DNA of 63,468 nucleotides, filler included, from Squatina squatina (taxonomy: Eukaryota): NCBI GenBank assembly GCA_031763465.1. It is 4 parts of 4 records of this genome, joined end to end, with 100 filler letters (N's around TTAATTAATTAA, not from the genome) between each part and the next. Parts side by side here need not be neighbours in the genome. Positions count along the whole stretch, not along the records: positions 51,108 to 63,468 come from JARFOE010000016.1; 3 more parts are not named here. The stretch is one strand, 5' to 3'. Position 1 is the first letter of the stretch. Every line of letters begins with the position of its first letter. Made by a program: the position numbers and the translations under genes. The notes under the pieces are model-generated. The model did no database searches. It saw only the letters and a program-made list of their open reading frames with translations, and was not told where the DNA came from. Below are positions 51,147-63,468 of the stretch, one piece after another.

Positions 51147-51279
51147 GAGTGCAGGAGACGGGTGCAATTCAAACCTTCAGCCGCTGACTCAGTCCGGTGC
51201 CCGGGTGCAATGTGCCCGCACCGACCCGCCCCTTCCCCGGTTTTGCAGCCGGTTCCCCACCGATCACAAGCCCATAAAA
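51147..51279 (+). promoter_or_regulatory. Metallothionein promoter: three reverse-orientation MREs, AP-1 site, GC box, TATA-like element
   Basis: MRE core TGCRCNC on the minus strand at 51147-51153 (TGCACTC), 51160-51166 and 51203-51209 (TGCACCC). TGACTCA at 51185-51191, CCCGCCCC at 51225-51232, CATAAAA at 51273-51279. Confidence 0.8.
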
Positions 51280-51361
51280 CTCGGCTCCGATTCAGCAAAC
51301 GGCACCAGATCGAGAAGCGCTGCTTGGCTGAGGGCTGGAAGCTGAAGAAGAAGTGAGTGAA

Positions 51362-51395
51362 ATGTCTGACTCGAAGCCCTGTGTCTGCCTGGATG
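51362..51395 (+). CDS. mt: Metallothionein exon 1
   Basis: ATG TCT GAC TCG AAG CCC TGT GTC TGC CTG GAT G|gtgagt gives MSDSKPCVCLD(G). Confidence 0.93.
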
Positions 51396-51574
51396 GTGAG
51401 TGGTGACTAGTGCAGTCCTTTCAGCACAGTGTCCCGGCTCAGTCTCACTGAGCTGGAGCAGGATTGCAGGGCCGGCTCTTTATTAATGTGACAAAGAGCC
51501 GGGGCTCCTCCACACGGGGGGCATTTCTCAGGGTTTCAACCTTCACTCAATGTCTTTGTTTTTCCTCTTTTCAG

Positions 51575-51652
51575 GATCCTGCTCCTGTGAAAACACCTGC
51601 AGGTGCTCCGACTGCCGATGTCCCACCAGCAAAGCTGGACGCTGCCAGAAAA
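51575..51652 (+). CDS. mt: Metallothionein exon 2
   Basis: ttttcag|GA TCC TGC...CAG AAA A|gtgagt gives (G)SCSCENTCRCSDCRCPTSKAGRCQK(S). Confidence 0.95.
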
Positions 51653-51799
51653 GTGAGTAACTGTGGGGCTGTTTAAAGCTCCTCACATTGTATTTATGTG
51701 ACAGATAGTCCTGGGCAGAACTCCGAGAGGACCAGAATGGAAAAGTACAAGGTCTCCGGGCTTTCAATCAAATTAGTTTGTCTTCAGTGTTGGGACTTA

Positions 51800-51960
51800 A
51801 TTTAACCCGAAGTCTAACTGTAACCATAACTCGAACCTGATCCCTAACTTTAACTCGAACATTAACCCTAACACTAACGCGCCGGACTCTGACTCTAATC
51901 TGAAACCCAAACCCTAAAAACCCAACCCTAATTTCAATCCTGCTCTTAAACCTGAACCAG
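51800..51960. repeat. Degenerate telomere-like (CCCTAA)n hexamer tract in MT intron 2
   Basis: taaccc, taactg, taacca, taactc, gaacct, ccctaa, taacac, aaaccc units with ~6-bp periodicity. Confidence 0.55.
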
Positions 51961-52682
51961 GTTTATGGGGTTTCCAGGGTTTAGAACATGCCCTCAAACC
52001 CCAACTCCTGATACGTCAATTAACCCAGAACATTCAAAGAAACAGCTCCCGCTGAGCAAGCAACACTAATTTAGGGAGTGGTAATTAGCTGGGGAATAGA
52101 CCCTGACCAGATGGAGCCCCAGTGAGTCCAGCTGGGTTATTGCTCTGATCCTCGGGCTGCTCCAACCAACAATGACTGTGATGCCCGATTCGTCCCCGAT
52201 TGAACTAAATTCAATCTGAAAGTCACTATTTCACTTCTGACAAACCCAAATCAGATAAGGGAAGAACCGCTTCACCGAACAAAGTTAACCTCGCTGCTGC
52301 TGTATTCTGCCAGTGCTATTTTGACCCAGGATTTACAGCAGTAACTGCAGCTTCATTTATCGAGCATCTCTTAATGTAGAAACACATCTCAGGGCAACGA
52401 ATGGAGCTCACAGGAATGCTGTAACAGGTCCTAAACATCCACATGTGAAACTGGCTGGCAGGAAGTTCTACCCTGAAGAGCTGATCTCTGAACAGTGGCT
52501 GGGACAGACTGATGATATCACAAGGTCCCAAATCTTACCACCAATGCAGCAGCTGAGAGACTGACAGGCAGGGCTTCTGAGGTGGGGCATCTTCAGATGG
52601 GTATCTTGGAGATATGCCACAGATGAGTTTATCAGGGAGGAGCTGAGTGCTGTACTGGGAGGGTCTGGGGGTGTTTCAGTGA

Positions 52683-52826
<144 letters not shown>

Positions 52827-52981
52827 ACAACAGGCCCTTCAGGCAAAATATATAAAGTTTTTTTCCATCTGTACTGTATTATACAAGCCGCATGTCCTCA
52901 GTGTCTCTGTCCTGACGGATTGTGTGTTTATATAAACTATCAAGTGAATTCATTGTTTTTGAAATGATCATATTTTATATT

Positions 52982-52987
52982 AATAAA
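52982..52987 (+). promoter_or_regulatory. Probable MT polyadenylation signal AATAAA
   Basis: First AATAAA, ~155 nt after the MT stop, in AT-rich 3' UTR sequence. Confidence 0.6.
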
Positions 52988-55269
52988 AAAGTATTTCAAA
53001 TCTCTGATCAGTGCCATTCTCTTCATTAAATAAGTGTAGTTATTCACGACAGCTCAATGTGTGAGGAACAAGTTAGAGCCTAAACAGGCCACATTGAGTA
53101 AAATGATGCTTTATAACCTCATTGCCACCTGATGCAGTTTGGTGGCAGCGGTTAGAGCAGGTGTGATGGAGCAGTGTGGGGAATGATGGAGTGAATGATT
53201 AGATGGTGTCCTTGCTTCAGGATTAGGACTCAGGGGCTCGGACGGTTCTTAGAGCTTCAACCTCAAACCAGCAAATGATGCGAGGTGGGAGAATAGGGTC
53301 CTTGTTTCTATTTTGTGATGCAGGGGAGCTGATCTGTCAAATTCAAGAGGGACCCCTACAGAGCAGGGGCACTAACTTCAAATTCTGTGTGTATTAAAGT
53401 ACAGAAGTTGGTATAATTCAGTCAGATATTAGTGACGTGTGCTGTTGTGGTCTGAATTACCAATGTCACTCGAACAAGTAAGTCCATCTCCTTTCTCTGT
53501 GGAAACTTTCACGGTGGACTTGGTGTCCTGTGGGCCCCATATTGAGAATTACAACACCAAACACTAAAATCAAACTGAAGGCGTCAGTGAACAGCCAGTT
53601 AATTTTCTACAATCAGCAGTCATTTCAAAGAATATATATTTAACACTATTCTGAGTATTCACATTCTTTTTCAAATTGAGGGCTTTCTACACATGTCCTC
53701 TTTTGTACTTTACAGAATTTGTAGATGCAGAGCCTCAAAAAATTCATTGACCTCACATGAGTGGTCAAGGTCAATGATTTCATCTTGAAATGCAATATCC
53801 CACCAACTGCACCATCAGCCTCACACACTGCTCAAAGCACCACACCTATATCATTCACCTACCAACAATCTCAATCAATCAGGAGCCAGATCTCACATTC
53901 ATAGCTTCACCTCATCCTCACATGCACAGTACTCCTGCAAGCCTCAGACCCTCATCTCACAGCTTGAACACGTTGCCAGNNNNNNNNNNNNNNNNNNNNN
54001 NNNNNNNNNNNNNNNNNNNNNNNNNNNNNNNNNNNNNNNNNNNNNNNNNNNNNNNNNNNNNNNNNNNNNNNNNNNNNNNTGGAACCTTAAAGGGCCTCGG
54101 AGCATCCACAAAAGGGCGACCGAGCCCAATTTTGCCCCTATATGTAGTCCAACATAGTTTAACACGGATAAACATTAAAAAAAGACTTGTATTTATATTG
54201 CCCTTTTCACAGTCACCGGACATCCCAACGCGGCTCACAGCCAATGAAATACTATAACAGAAGAAAGAATGTGCATTTCTATAGCACCATTATGACCTCA
54301 AGATGTCGCAAACCACATTACAGCCATTTAATTTACCATATTCTAACATTCAGAATCTCTTATGGTACCAGTCTCTTATATTATACAATTACATTATACA
54401 AGTTTAATACTGCAGTCATACTTAAAACAACATCCTCGAAGTCAGTGTAGAAGAAAGCCATTTTGCCCATTGTCCTATATCAGATACTAGCTGTGCATCA
54501 AAGTTATCTACTGTAATCCCATTTGCCTAATCTTTTCCATCTGTTTATATATTTTTATACTCTCAATCTTTTACACTATCACAGTGTACATGCTAGTTAT
54601 AGGGAGACAAACAGCTCAGTCTTCTGCAAAAACCAACATCAGAAATACATTTGTACGCTTGCACGGTAACCCATTTTTCTGATTGAGTTCTGAAAGAAGT
54701 CACTAGCAAGTTGTCCTGGTGTGTGTCCAAGTGTTAATATAAAAGAATTGGTTTCAAAGCACAACTACCTCACAAGAAATGAGAATAGGATAAGTATTTT
54801 GGTGATTTGCTGCTATTTCCAACTTATTTAAATTTCTGGTACTTTGTAAAGTGAGAATTGAGATAACAAACTTTTAGTCTGACGGAAGTAATGAAGTTGA
54901 AGATAACATTTTCACTCATCCAGTTACATTATAAGACCAGATGGTTTGTGAAATCACAAATGTAGAAAACATTTCGAAACACTTTAGTTGTGATGTTGAA
55001 ATCACAGCAGTTGCTGCGTTGTGGAGATCAGCACATTAATTATATATGCAGACAGTATGTTTACAGTCAGTGAGTTCTCTGTGCCCACATCATGAGAGCC
55101 ACTGCAATGCCAGACCAACCTCCCTATGATCTTTTTAATGATCTGCTGTATCCTAAGCATTTTGTAGCCNNNNNNNNNNNNNNNNNNNNNNNNNNNNNNN
55201 NNNNNNNNNNNNNNNNNNNNNNNNNNNNNNNNNNNNNNNNNNNNNNNNNNNNNNNNNNNNNNNNNNNNN

Positions 55270-56033
<764 letters not shown>

Positions 56034-56369
56034 TGAGTTTAAAGGCTAAGTTTCATTAGGAACATCGTACTTAAGTGTAATTCTTCCTGTAGTCTAATGG
56101 GTATTACCTTGATTGTGTTCCAGTGATATTTCACCACTTTGGCATAAAATAGTCTGTACTTCTATTTCTTTTCGAAGAAAATATGGCCATTTATATAAAA
56201 TCTGACTAGTGGATCTACTGTGGCACTCATGTTAAGTCAGATGATGTGCTGTTTGTATGAGGACCGAATNNNNNNNNNNNNNNNNNNNNNNNNNNNNNNN
56301 NNNNNNNNNNNNNNNNNNNNNNNNNNNNNNNNNNNNNNNNNNNNNNNNNNNNNNNNNNNNNNNNNNNNN

Positions 56370-57110
56370 AAAGCAAATGGCGTGTTGGCCTTTATTGCAA
56401 GGAGGTTGGAGTATAAGAGTAAGGAAATCTTGCTACAATTGTACAGGGCCTTGGTGAGGCCACACCTGGAGTACTGTGCACAGTTTTGGTCTCCTTATCT
56501 GAGAAAGATTATACACTGGGGCTCCGTTACAAAGCGGTTCGTTATAGCGTGGATTCCTGTATAATGCGGGTCTGTCTTGGACCCCAAAATTTGGCGCGCA
56601 TGTACAAGATTATTTTTGGGAAAAAGGAAGGGAAAAAACGCTACATTTCTGCTCCATGCTTCATGACATATGCTAATAAAGGCTGCTAGCTTAAGAAAAT
56701 AGCTTCACATCTGTGATTAAATTGTGCAGACACATTTACCTCATTAACAAAACATGATAGCTAAAAGGATTATTAGCCTGATTTCAAGGCAGGATGTCAG
56801 AAGTCATCAAAAACTCTAGCTTCAGACTGCTGAGGTGGTTTCGGAACTCACATTTTTGCAGCACTGCGGAATGGGTGAACTGCAGTGTATGCATTCGTGA
56901 AGTAGATTCAGCTGATTCTTGGTTCTACTTTTTTTGCTGTACAAGGGGGAACCTCATTGTAACGCGGTCTCATGACATGGACCGTGTTATAGCGGGGCCC
57001 CAGTGTACTTGCCTTTAAGGCAGTGCAATGAAGGTTCACTAGATTGACTCCTGGGATGAGAGGGTTATCTTATGAAGAGAGGTTGAGTAGATTGGGCCTA
57101 TACTTCCAAA
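56370..57110 (+). mobile_element. CR1 LINE fragment interrupted by a MITE
   Basis: KANGVLAFIARRLEYKSKEILLQLYRALVRPHLEYCAQFWSPYLRK before 56513, resuming LA..AVQ*RFTRLTPGMRGLSYEERLSRLGL after 57007. Confidence 0.88.
56514..57005. mobile_element. Tc1/mariner (pogo/Tigger-like) MITE, copy 1, TA TSD
   Basis: TIRs CACTGGGGCTCCGTTACAAAGCGGT and ACCGTGTTATAGCGGGGCCCCAGTG. TA at 56512-56513 and 57006-57007. Splits a CR1 copy. Confidence 0.85.
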
Positions 57111-57771
57111 AAGTGTGATCTGCTAGAAATCATTTCATCTGAGTCACATGCCTAAAACGTGATAGATTTTTCACCCCAATTCAGGAGATGCCTGACGATA
57201 CACCTCGGCAGTTGAGAACAACAACAATCCCAGCCTGACTCAGCCGTTCTTCCATCATCGCTGGGTCAAGTACCTAACAACACTGTGGGAGCGCCTTTAC
57301 CACACGGACTGCAGCGGTTCAAGAAGGCGGCTCACCGACACCTTCTGAAGGAAAATGAGGAATGGGCGCCCACATCCTCAATGAGTTTTTGTTAATGTCA
57401 AAACAAGTCATCTCTCAACAATATTCCAACCATTAGAGAGGAATTCTGTTTAGTGATTGGGCTTATGTGCCTTTTAATTTTACGTTCACATGAGTGTGTC
57501 TGCAGTTACTTTGAATCGGTTTTTAAGGTAGAAGATACTACAAACATCCCACTAATATTAAATAATGCAGAGGGAGGACTAAATACCATCANNNNNNNNN
57601 NNNNNNNNNNNNNNNNNNNNNNNNNNNNNNNNNNNNNNNNNNNNNNNNNNNNNNNNNNNNNNNNNNNNNNNNNNNNNNNNNNNNNNNNNNNGCTACTGTT
57701 CCCGTAGAGCCTGTTTCTTGGCTGTAAATTCGATGTAATTCTGCGTAATACTGAATGAGCGCTGTCCTATT

Positions 57772-58092
57772 GGTGATGCTGTCTTTTGGATGAAATGTAA
57801 GACCAAGGCCTGCCCTCTTAGATAGACAAAGAAAAGCTCTATGGCGCTAGTCGAAGAGGAGCGGGAGAGGTCTTCTAATATCCTCACCAGCATTTATCCC
57901 TCAAGCAACACCATAAAAACAGATTATCCAGCCATTTATCTCATTGGTATTTGGGGGACCTTGCTGTGTACTAATCAGCTGCTGCATTTCCCTACCTTAC
58001 AACAGTGACTACAATTCAAAAGTACTTCAGTGGCTTGCAATGCTTTGAGGTCGTCCTGAGGACATGAAAGGCATTCAATAAATGCAAGTTTA
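57772..58092 (+). mobile_element. DeuSINE-type SINE (SacSINE1/AmnSINE1-like Deu domain and tail)
   Basis: ...catttatccctcaagcaacacc...aaacagattatc...tctcattg...gggaccttgctgtg...acaacagtgactaca.ttcaaaagtacttca.tggc...gaaaggc...aaatgcaagtt. Matches my recall of the Deu-domain SINE consensus. Confidence 0.65.
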
Positions 58093-58911
58093 AAAAAACA
58101 TTTGAATTAGTTTTCTTCTTTTTGAGCTTTACCAATGGCATTCATCACCTTCCAACCAATAAAGTATCTCCAGGCCTGTGCCCTCTTGGGCCACTCATTA
58201 GGAGGTGTGAGAGTGGTGCATGTTTAATCTCTCATTCCTTTCTTCCTCCTACAATCTTCAGATTTTTAAACCCAATCTTATCACTACCTCCTGGTTTCTT
58301 GCCTTCTCTTTTACTCTACTCAAACTTGGCGGTAACCTGCACTATGGGCCTCGTTTCTTCACCCGAGCCTCTCCATTGAAAAAAAATTTCTAGTCAAGAT
58401 TTCCATTTTAACAGCCTTTTCACTTGGTGTCCCAGCCCAAAAGCCAACAATGGCCCGGAACTCACCATTTTATAAACCATACTCCTGAAACAAATTATTT
58501 CATTCTTTCAGTAAGAAAACAGGATAGCTCTGGCTGGTGAAGCACTGAGATCTCAGGAGCCCATCATCAGGTGCTGAAGGGAAGCAACAGCATTTCAGGA
58601 AAAGACCCAGCAAAACACCACCAAAGTATGCCTATGTTTATCCTGTGAAGCCATTCCGAAGGTTAGACTCAAAATGAACAGATACTTTGCTTATTCCATG
58701 GTCTTTTCTCAAGGGTTAGATTTGAAAATGGCTATTGCTATCGAAAAAAATGACCATTAGGTTTCCACAATTTTTTTCCACTAAGCTTGTGAATTTCTTT
58801 TCAAAACTTGCTCATACCCTATGAAGCCTATGACTTTGAGGGGAAATACTGTTACATTCTTATGGACAGATTCAAATCTTGTTTTTAATAAGTACCACTA
58901 GTTTCTTACTA

Positions 58912-59582
58912 CACTAGGGCCCCGCGATAATGTGGTTCGCTATAGCATGGAACCCTGTATAACAAGGGATCGTCTAGAATCCCAAAATATGGCATGAATG
59001 TACAAGATTATTTTTAATGCAGCGTACACTGCTGATTTGCTGGCTTGGAAAATACAGATTGTAGCAAGAGAGCACAATCTAGCTCTCATACAGCAACATG
59101 TCAGTGCGTTCTATATTGTGTATTAAATGGCAGAAGCTGGTCAGTCTTGCCACTGGATAAAGGAAGGGAAAAAAATGCTACATCTCTGCTCCATGCTTCA
59201 TGACATATGCTAATAAATAGCTTAAGAAAATAGCTTCACATCTGTGATTAAATTGTGCAGCTCCCAGTACTGTTTGATTCTGCAGCTGCATTTACCACAT
59301 TAACAAAACATGACAGCTAAAAGGACTATTAGCCTGATTTCAAGGCAGGATGTCGGAAGTCATCAAATATTTCAGGTTCAGAGTGCTAAGGTGGTTTCGC
59401 AGTACTGTGGAATGGGTAACAGCAGTGCATGCATTTGTGAAATAGACTCAGCTGATTGTCAGTTCTGGGAATCTTGGTGTTTTTTTTGCTGTACAAGGGG
59501 GACCTCATTGTAACACAGTATCACCTATAACGATGTCTCGTGACATGGACCCCGTGGACTGCATTATAACGGGGCCACAGCA
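58912..59582. mobile_element. Tc1/mariner-type MITE, copy 2 (longer variant of 56514-57005)
   Basis: Begins TA-CACTAGGGCCCCGCGATAA. Shares long blocks with copy 1 (e.g. ctgctccatgcttcatgacatatgctaataaa, ttcaaggcaggatgtc.gaagtcatcaaa). Ends ataacggggccacag. Confidence 0.8.
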
Positions 59583-59697
59583 TAGTAGTATTGGTAGNNN
59601 NNNNNNNNNNNNNNNNNNNNNNNNNNNNNNNNNNNNNNNNNNNNNNNNNNNNNNNNNNNNNNNNNNNNNNNNNNNNNNNNNNNNNNNNNNNNNNNNN

Positions 59698-60118
59698 TTT
59701 CAAGGCAGGATGTCGGAAGTCATCAAAAATTCCCATTATCATAAATTGCAGTGGGCCAAGGGAGAAAAAAAAAGGTTGAATCATCTTTCCTTCACCCCCC
59801 CCACCTCCCTCTTTTCTCTCTCCTCCCCTCCCCATCAAATTGATATGGTACAGTCCTTGAACAATAAAACAAATCCCTGTGTAACCCTAAAACTGTAGCA
59901 CGCATCAGAGCAGCCAGCCTCAGACTGCTGAGGTGGTTTCGGAATTCACATTTTGCAGTACTGTGGAAAGGGTGAACTGCAGTGCACGCATTTGTGAAAT
60001 AGACTCAGCTGATTGTCAGCTCCCTAGACACTGAGCTGCTTGTTAATTATGCTCCCGGACTGTTGACTGTATCAACAGTTCTGGGAATCTCGGTGCTTTT
60101 TTTGCTGTACAAGGGGGA
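59698..60118. mobile_element. Same MITE family, partial copy 3
   Basis: ttcaaggcaggatgtcggaagtcatcaaa...cagactgctgaggtggtttcgg...ttttttgctgtacaagggg, shared with copies 1 and 2. Confidence 0.75.
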
Positions 60119-62468
60119 GCTACAGCAACAAGATATATGTTAGGCAGCATCAGAAACTGATCTGGAGCGTGAAGCTTCCCAGAATGGCCTTGAAGTGCAT
60201 TAGCTATATTATTAAGTAGACCATTGCCGTACATCTGACAGAGCGAACTGTGTCCGTTGAACCCGTACTAGTTTTTCAAAGAAAAGTGGCATATTCTCCA
60301 GGTAAGGAAACGTGATTTTTAAATTTATTTAGTCATACCGTAGCCACGTAGGGAGCGATGTTCAACAAATATTGGGTGGGGTCGTGCTGCGCCTTATAGC
60401 CGAAAGCTTCGTGTTGCGTCGCCCTGCTTATCAGTTGCCANNNNNNNNNNNNNNNNNNNNNNNNNNNNNNNNNNNNNNNNNNNNNNNNNNNNNNNNNNNN
60501 NNNNNNNNNNNNNNNNNNNNNNNNNNNNNNNNNNNNNNNNNNNNNNNNNNNNNNNNNNNNNNNNNNNNNNNNNNNNNNNNNNNNNNNNNNNNNNNNNNNN
60601 NNNNNNNNNNNNTCGCATTAATCCTTTTCCTTCATTCACTTCAGCTGATTTTCCTTAACCCTCTCCACTTTCCTCCTTTTTTTAAAAAAATCTTCCCCCG
60701 ATTGTTGCACATCAGTAAACTGTATTGATGGCTCAGGCTGCTAATGCCATCTTTGCCCCCTTTATCTCGGTCTTTTGTTTCCTATTTTAGGACTGAACTG
60801 TTTTCTCCTGGTCTGGTACATCAGGAAACCTGATGATGATGCCTAGTGTTAAATGTGCCTAAGCAATTCCACTGTTGCCTTTTTAAGTTCACCGGTGAAA
60901 TTTCTAATAAAAAGACTTTGTGTGAAGGTCTAGCCTCATGAGATGCATTATTTACTTTGGTTATCAAATTGCAGCAATACTGAAGGGTTGCATTGATTCT
61001 AAATTTTTTAATTAAAAAAAAAAGTAATGCAGAATGTATTTTTTGTAATTATATTCAAAAGTACAATCACTTAAAAAGTGATTAGTCTTTGTATCTTTTA
61101 ATCTCCTGCAAGAAATACTGAAATTAAATCAGATACCGCTTTAGGGGTTAGCTTGTTATAAATGTGGATTGCTACAAGTTACCATTAGCTCATACATGGT
61201 CATTAAAGCTTGTAATTAACAACTTTTATTTGGTCAGTATGATTGTGCATTGTGACTATTTTAAATGTCTTGGCTGCACTCCTCCCTTTTTATTTAAAAC
61301 AAGTGTCCATTCAAAGATATTCTAATTATCCATTGTTTCAAAGGACTTGCCTCTGAAGACATGGGTGTGTCANNNNNNNNNNNNNNNNNNNNNNNNNNNN
61401 NNNNNNNNNNNNNNNNTATATTTGGAAGATTAAGAAAACGCTGCCTCCATATGTGAAGAGCTGGAATGAACAAGTTTTTGGAGAGATTGCAATTGCAATC
61501 ATTATTAACCTAATTCTGATTTTTCTAGTTTCCTTATTGCAATATTATTTAGAAATGTACAGCACAATTGATAACAGATGTGGATTAACATACGAAGTTA
61601 TTTTAAAATTGTGCTTAAAATGTTCTAAATTGTAGAAAATTATGATTTAAAAAAATCTATATCACCATTTCCTGGACTATACAAAAACTTACAACTTTGC
61701 AGCATCATCCTTGCAATTGCGATACCAAGGCATGAGTCATTGTCCATTAGGCTTCTGAGATGGGGTGGGGTCATTTGAATGATTGCTGCACCATTGAGCA
61801 CATGCTGCACAGAGTCGGGGGTCAAATGAAGACAGCTTTACAGTTTGGGGGTGCGAAATGAAGATGATGATAAAGAAGCTAATTAGCTATTTTTTCCCAC
61901 TTGTCATTTCCATTGATGATCTCTATGCAGGTTAAGGAGCAACGGAGATGCCTGCAGAGAGACTAGTCGGAAGCTGCCATTTCACCTCACATTTTTCCAT
62001 AATTTTTTTTTTGTTCGTGTCCGAATGGCAGCTGCTGGGTATTACCCCAAATATGAAGCAGAGTAGGAATATGTTGTCTAAATAGACTAAATTGCCAATT
62101 CCACAGAGTAAATGAATGTGTTAAGCATCATTGGGTAAATGCGTAGGCGAAGGTAATTTTACGTTCCTATTGAGAATGCCTGGGAGTCGGCTGCACTATA
62201 AGCTAATAGGTATTTAGCAGCATATAATTTTAGATTTTGCTTAGTTGATGCAGTCTATATGTGTGACGCACATTATTCAAGGCATCTGTAGATAACTGCT
62301 TTCAGCAGGCTGGTAATATGCTATGGATTTTGTTTAGCACCATTCTCTGGATTTGCTAATTATGCAGACTGTGCAGTGATGTGCTATTAGTTCATGTCGT
62401 GGTGAAGCCTGGTGTGACAGCATTTCAAGCACTGGCAAGACACTGATGTGACTTCCTTTACCCTCTAG

Positions 62469-62531
62469 GGTTTTCTGAAGAATGAGCGCGATAATGCACT
62501 GCTGTCAGCTATTGAAGAGTCCAGGAAGAGG
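62469..62531 (+). CDS. NUP93: Nup93 internal coding exon (63 nt)
   Basis: ccctctag|GGT...AGG|gtaagt gives [21 protein letters not shown], matching NUP93 [21 protein letters not shown]. Confidence 0.93.
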
Positions 62532-63468
62532 GTAAGTGAAATTTTCCAATAGCATTTTAATAATGTTTTTTTAAATGATATCAGACTGCCAAATGCTACT
62601 TTCTTGGGATCCACCAACCACAGTCAAAATGAAACAAAATCTGTGGTGCTACATACGTGCAAACCATGTACCCAATTTCTCTGTTTACGATAAAATGACA
62701 AAATGTTCTTGCTTGCAGTGGAATGGCTGAGAGCTTGGATACATTTTTATAATATTGTTTAAAGAAACTTGGTTTTTGATTTACTGTTGAATCAAGGTCA
62801 TTGGTCATTTCATTNNNNNNNNNNNNNNNNNNNNNNNNNNNNNNNNNNNNNNNNNNNNNNNNNNNNNNNNNNNNNNNNNNNNNNNNNNNNNNNNNNNNNN
62901 NNNNNNNNNNNNNNCAAAATCCCTCCGCCTTAAAACTTGAGATTTGACATGTTACCTGTCCTTTTTGCTCATCACAGATATATGTATATAATGAGAAGGT
63001 AGTGAATGGGCATCTACAACCAAACCTAGGGGACCTGTGCAGTACTGTAGCTGAGTCTTTGGATGACAAGGTACCCACATATTAAAAAAAAAAAAATCTC
63101 CACAGTTGCATTCATTTCTGTTCAGAGATTGAGTGTTAAGTGTTTCACAAAGTATTGATTTGTTTTAAATTGCATGCTTTTTTTTTGTTGTACTGCATAA
63201 TCAGTCCTAGATTGTTATTATACTTTAATGTTCGTACCTTCAAAGGATACGTTCACTGATACTATACCTGATCTGTTCTTTAATTGAACATAATCCGTGC
63301 ATTTCCTTGACATTAGAAATTTTGCTTGAAAGCTAAAGAAACATAATAGCTTAATTGCACTTCCTCTTGCATTTATTATTGCTTTGTTTCCATATGGTTC
63401 ACCTTCATCTTTGCAGTATGCCTCAGTCGCTCCTGTACCACCCCTGAAAATTGAAACGTTTCTGATGA

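Noticed and set aside
51464-51676. ORF-track peptide DPAPVKTPAGAPTADV...
   Set aside because: Wrong reading frame of metallothionein exon 2.
54762-54772. CAACTACCTCA, complementary to the let-7 seed
   Set aside because: Seed-length match only, with no full mature sequence or hairpin.
60121-60301. Candidate for the missing NUP93 exon (SVLLGSRGLD...KDTDIQ), given the CAG|GTAAGG donor
   Set aside because: No frame resembles the expected peptide. The exon is probably in a gap.

Overview
This is vertebrate genomic DNA, almost certainly from a cartilaginous fish (shark-type 68-aa metallothionein, shark-like CR1/DeuSINE/Harbinger repeats), taken from a heavily gapped draft assembly. Three TTAATTAATTAA six-frame-stop spacers (17530, 30003, 51052) show that four separate scaffolds were concatenated. 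(1) 1-17485 holds a TMEM18 exon and an unidentified minus-strand exon. (2) 17586-29958 holds GAP43 (neuromodulin) exons 1-3 on the minus strand and a ~400-bp Bacillales fragment (qcrC 3' end, intrinsic terminator, start of ypjA). (3) 30059-51007 holds two REXO2 exons and two IGSF9B exons on the minus strand. (4) 51108-63468 holds a complete three-exon metallothionein gene with an MRE/AP-1/GC-box promoter, followed by NUP93 exons, the conserved vertebrate MT-NUP93 synteny. The rest is intronic or intergenic DNA with CR1 LINE fragments, a Tx1-clade LINE insertion with TSD, TA-flanked Tc1/mariner-type MITEs, PIF/Harbinger remnants and SINEs. I see no convincing new biological system. The most striking anomalies are the bacterial fragment fused without a gap to host-like DNA and several junctions that look chimeric. 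Gene identities come from my recall of homologous protein sequences, not from a database search.
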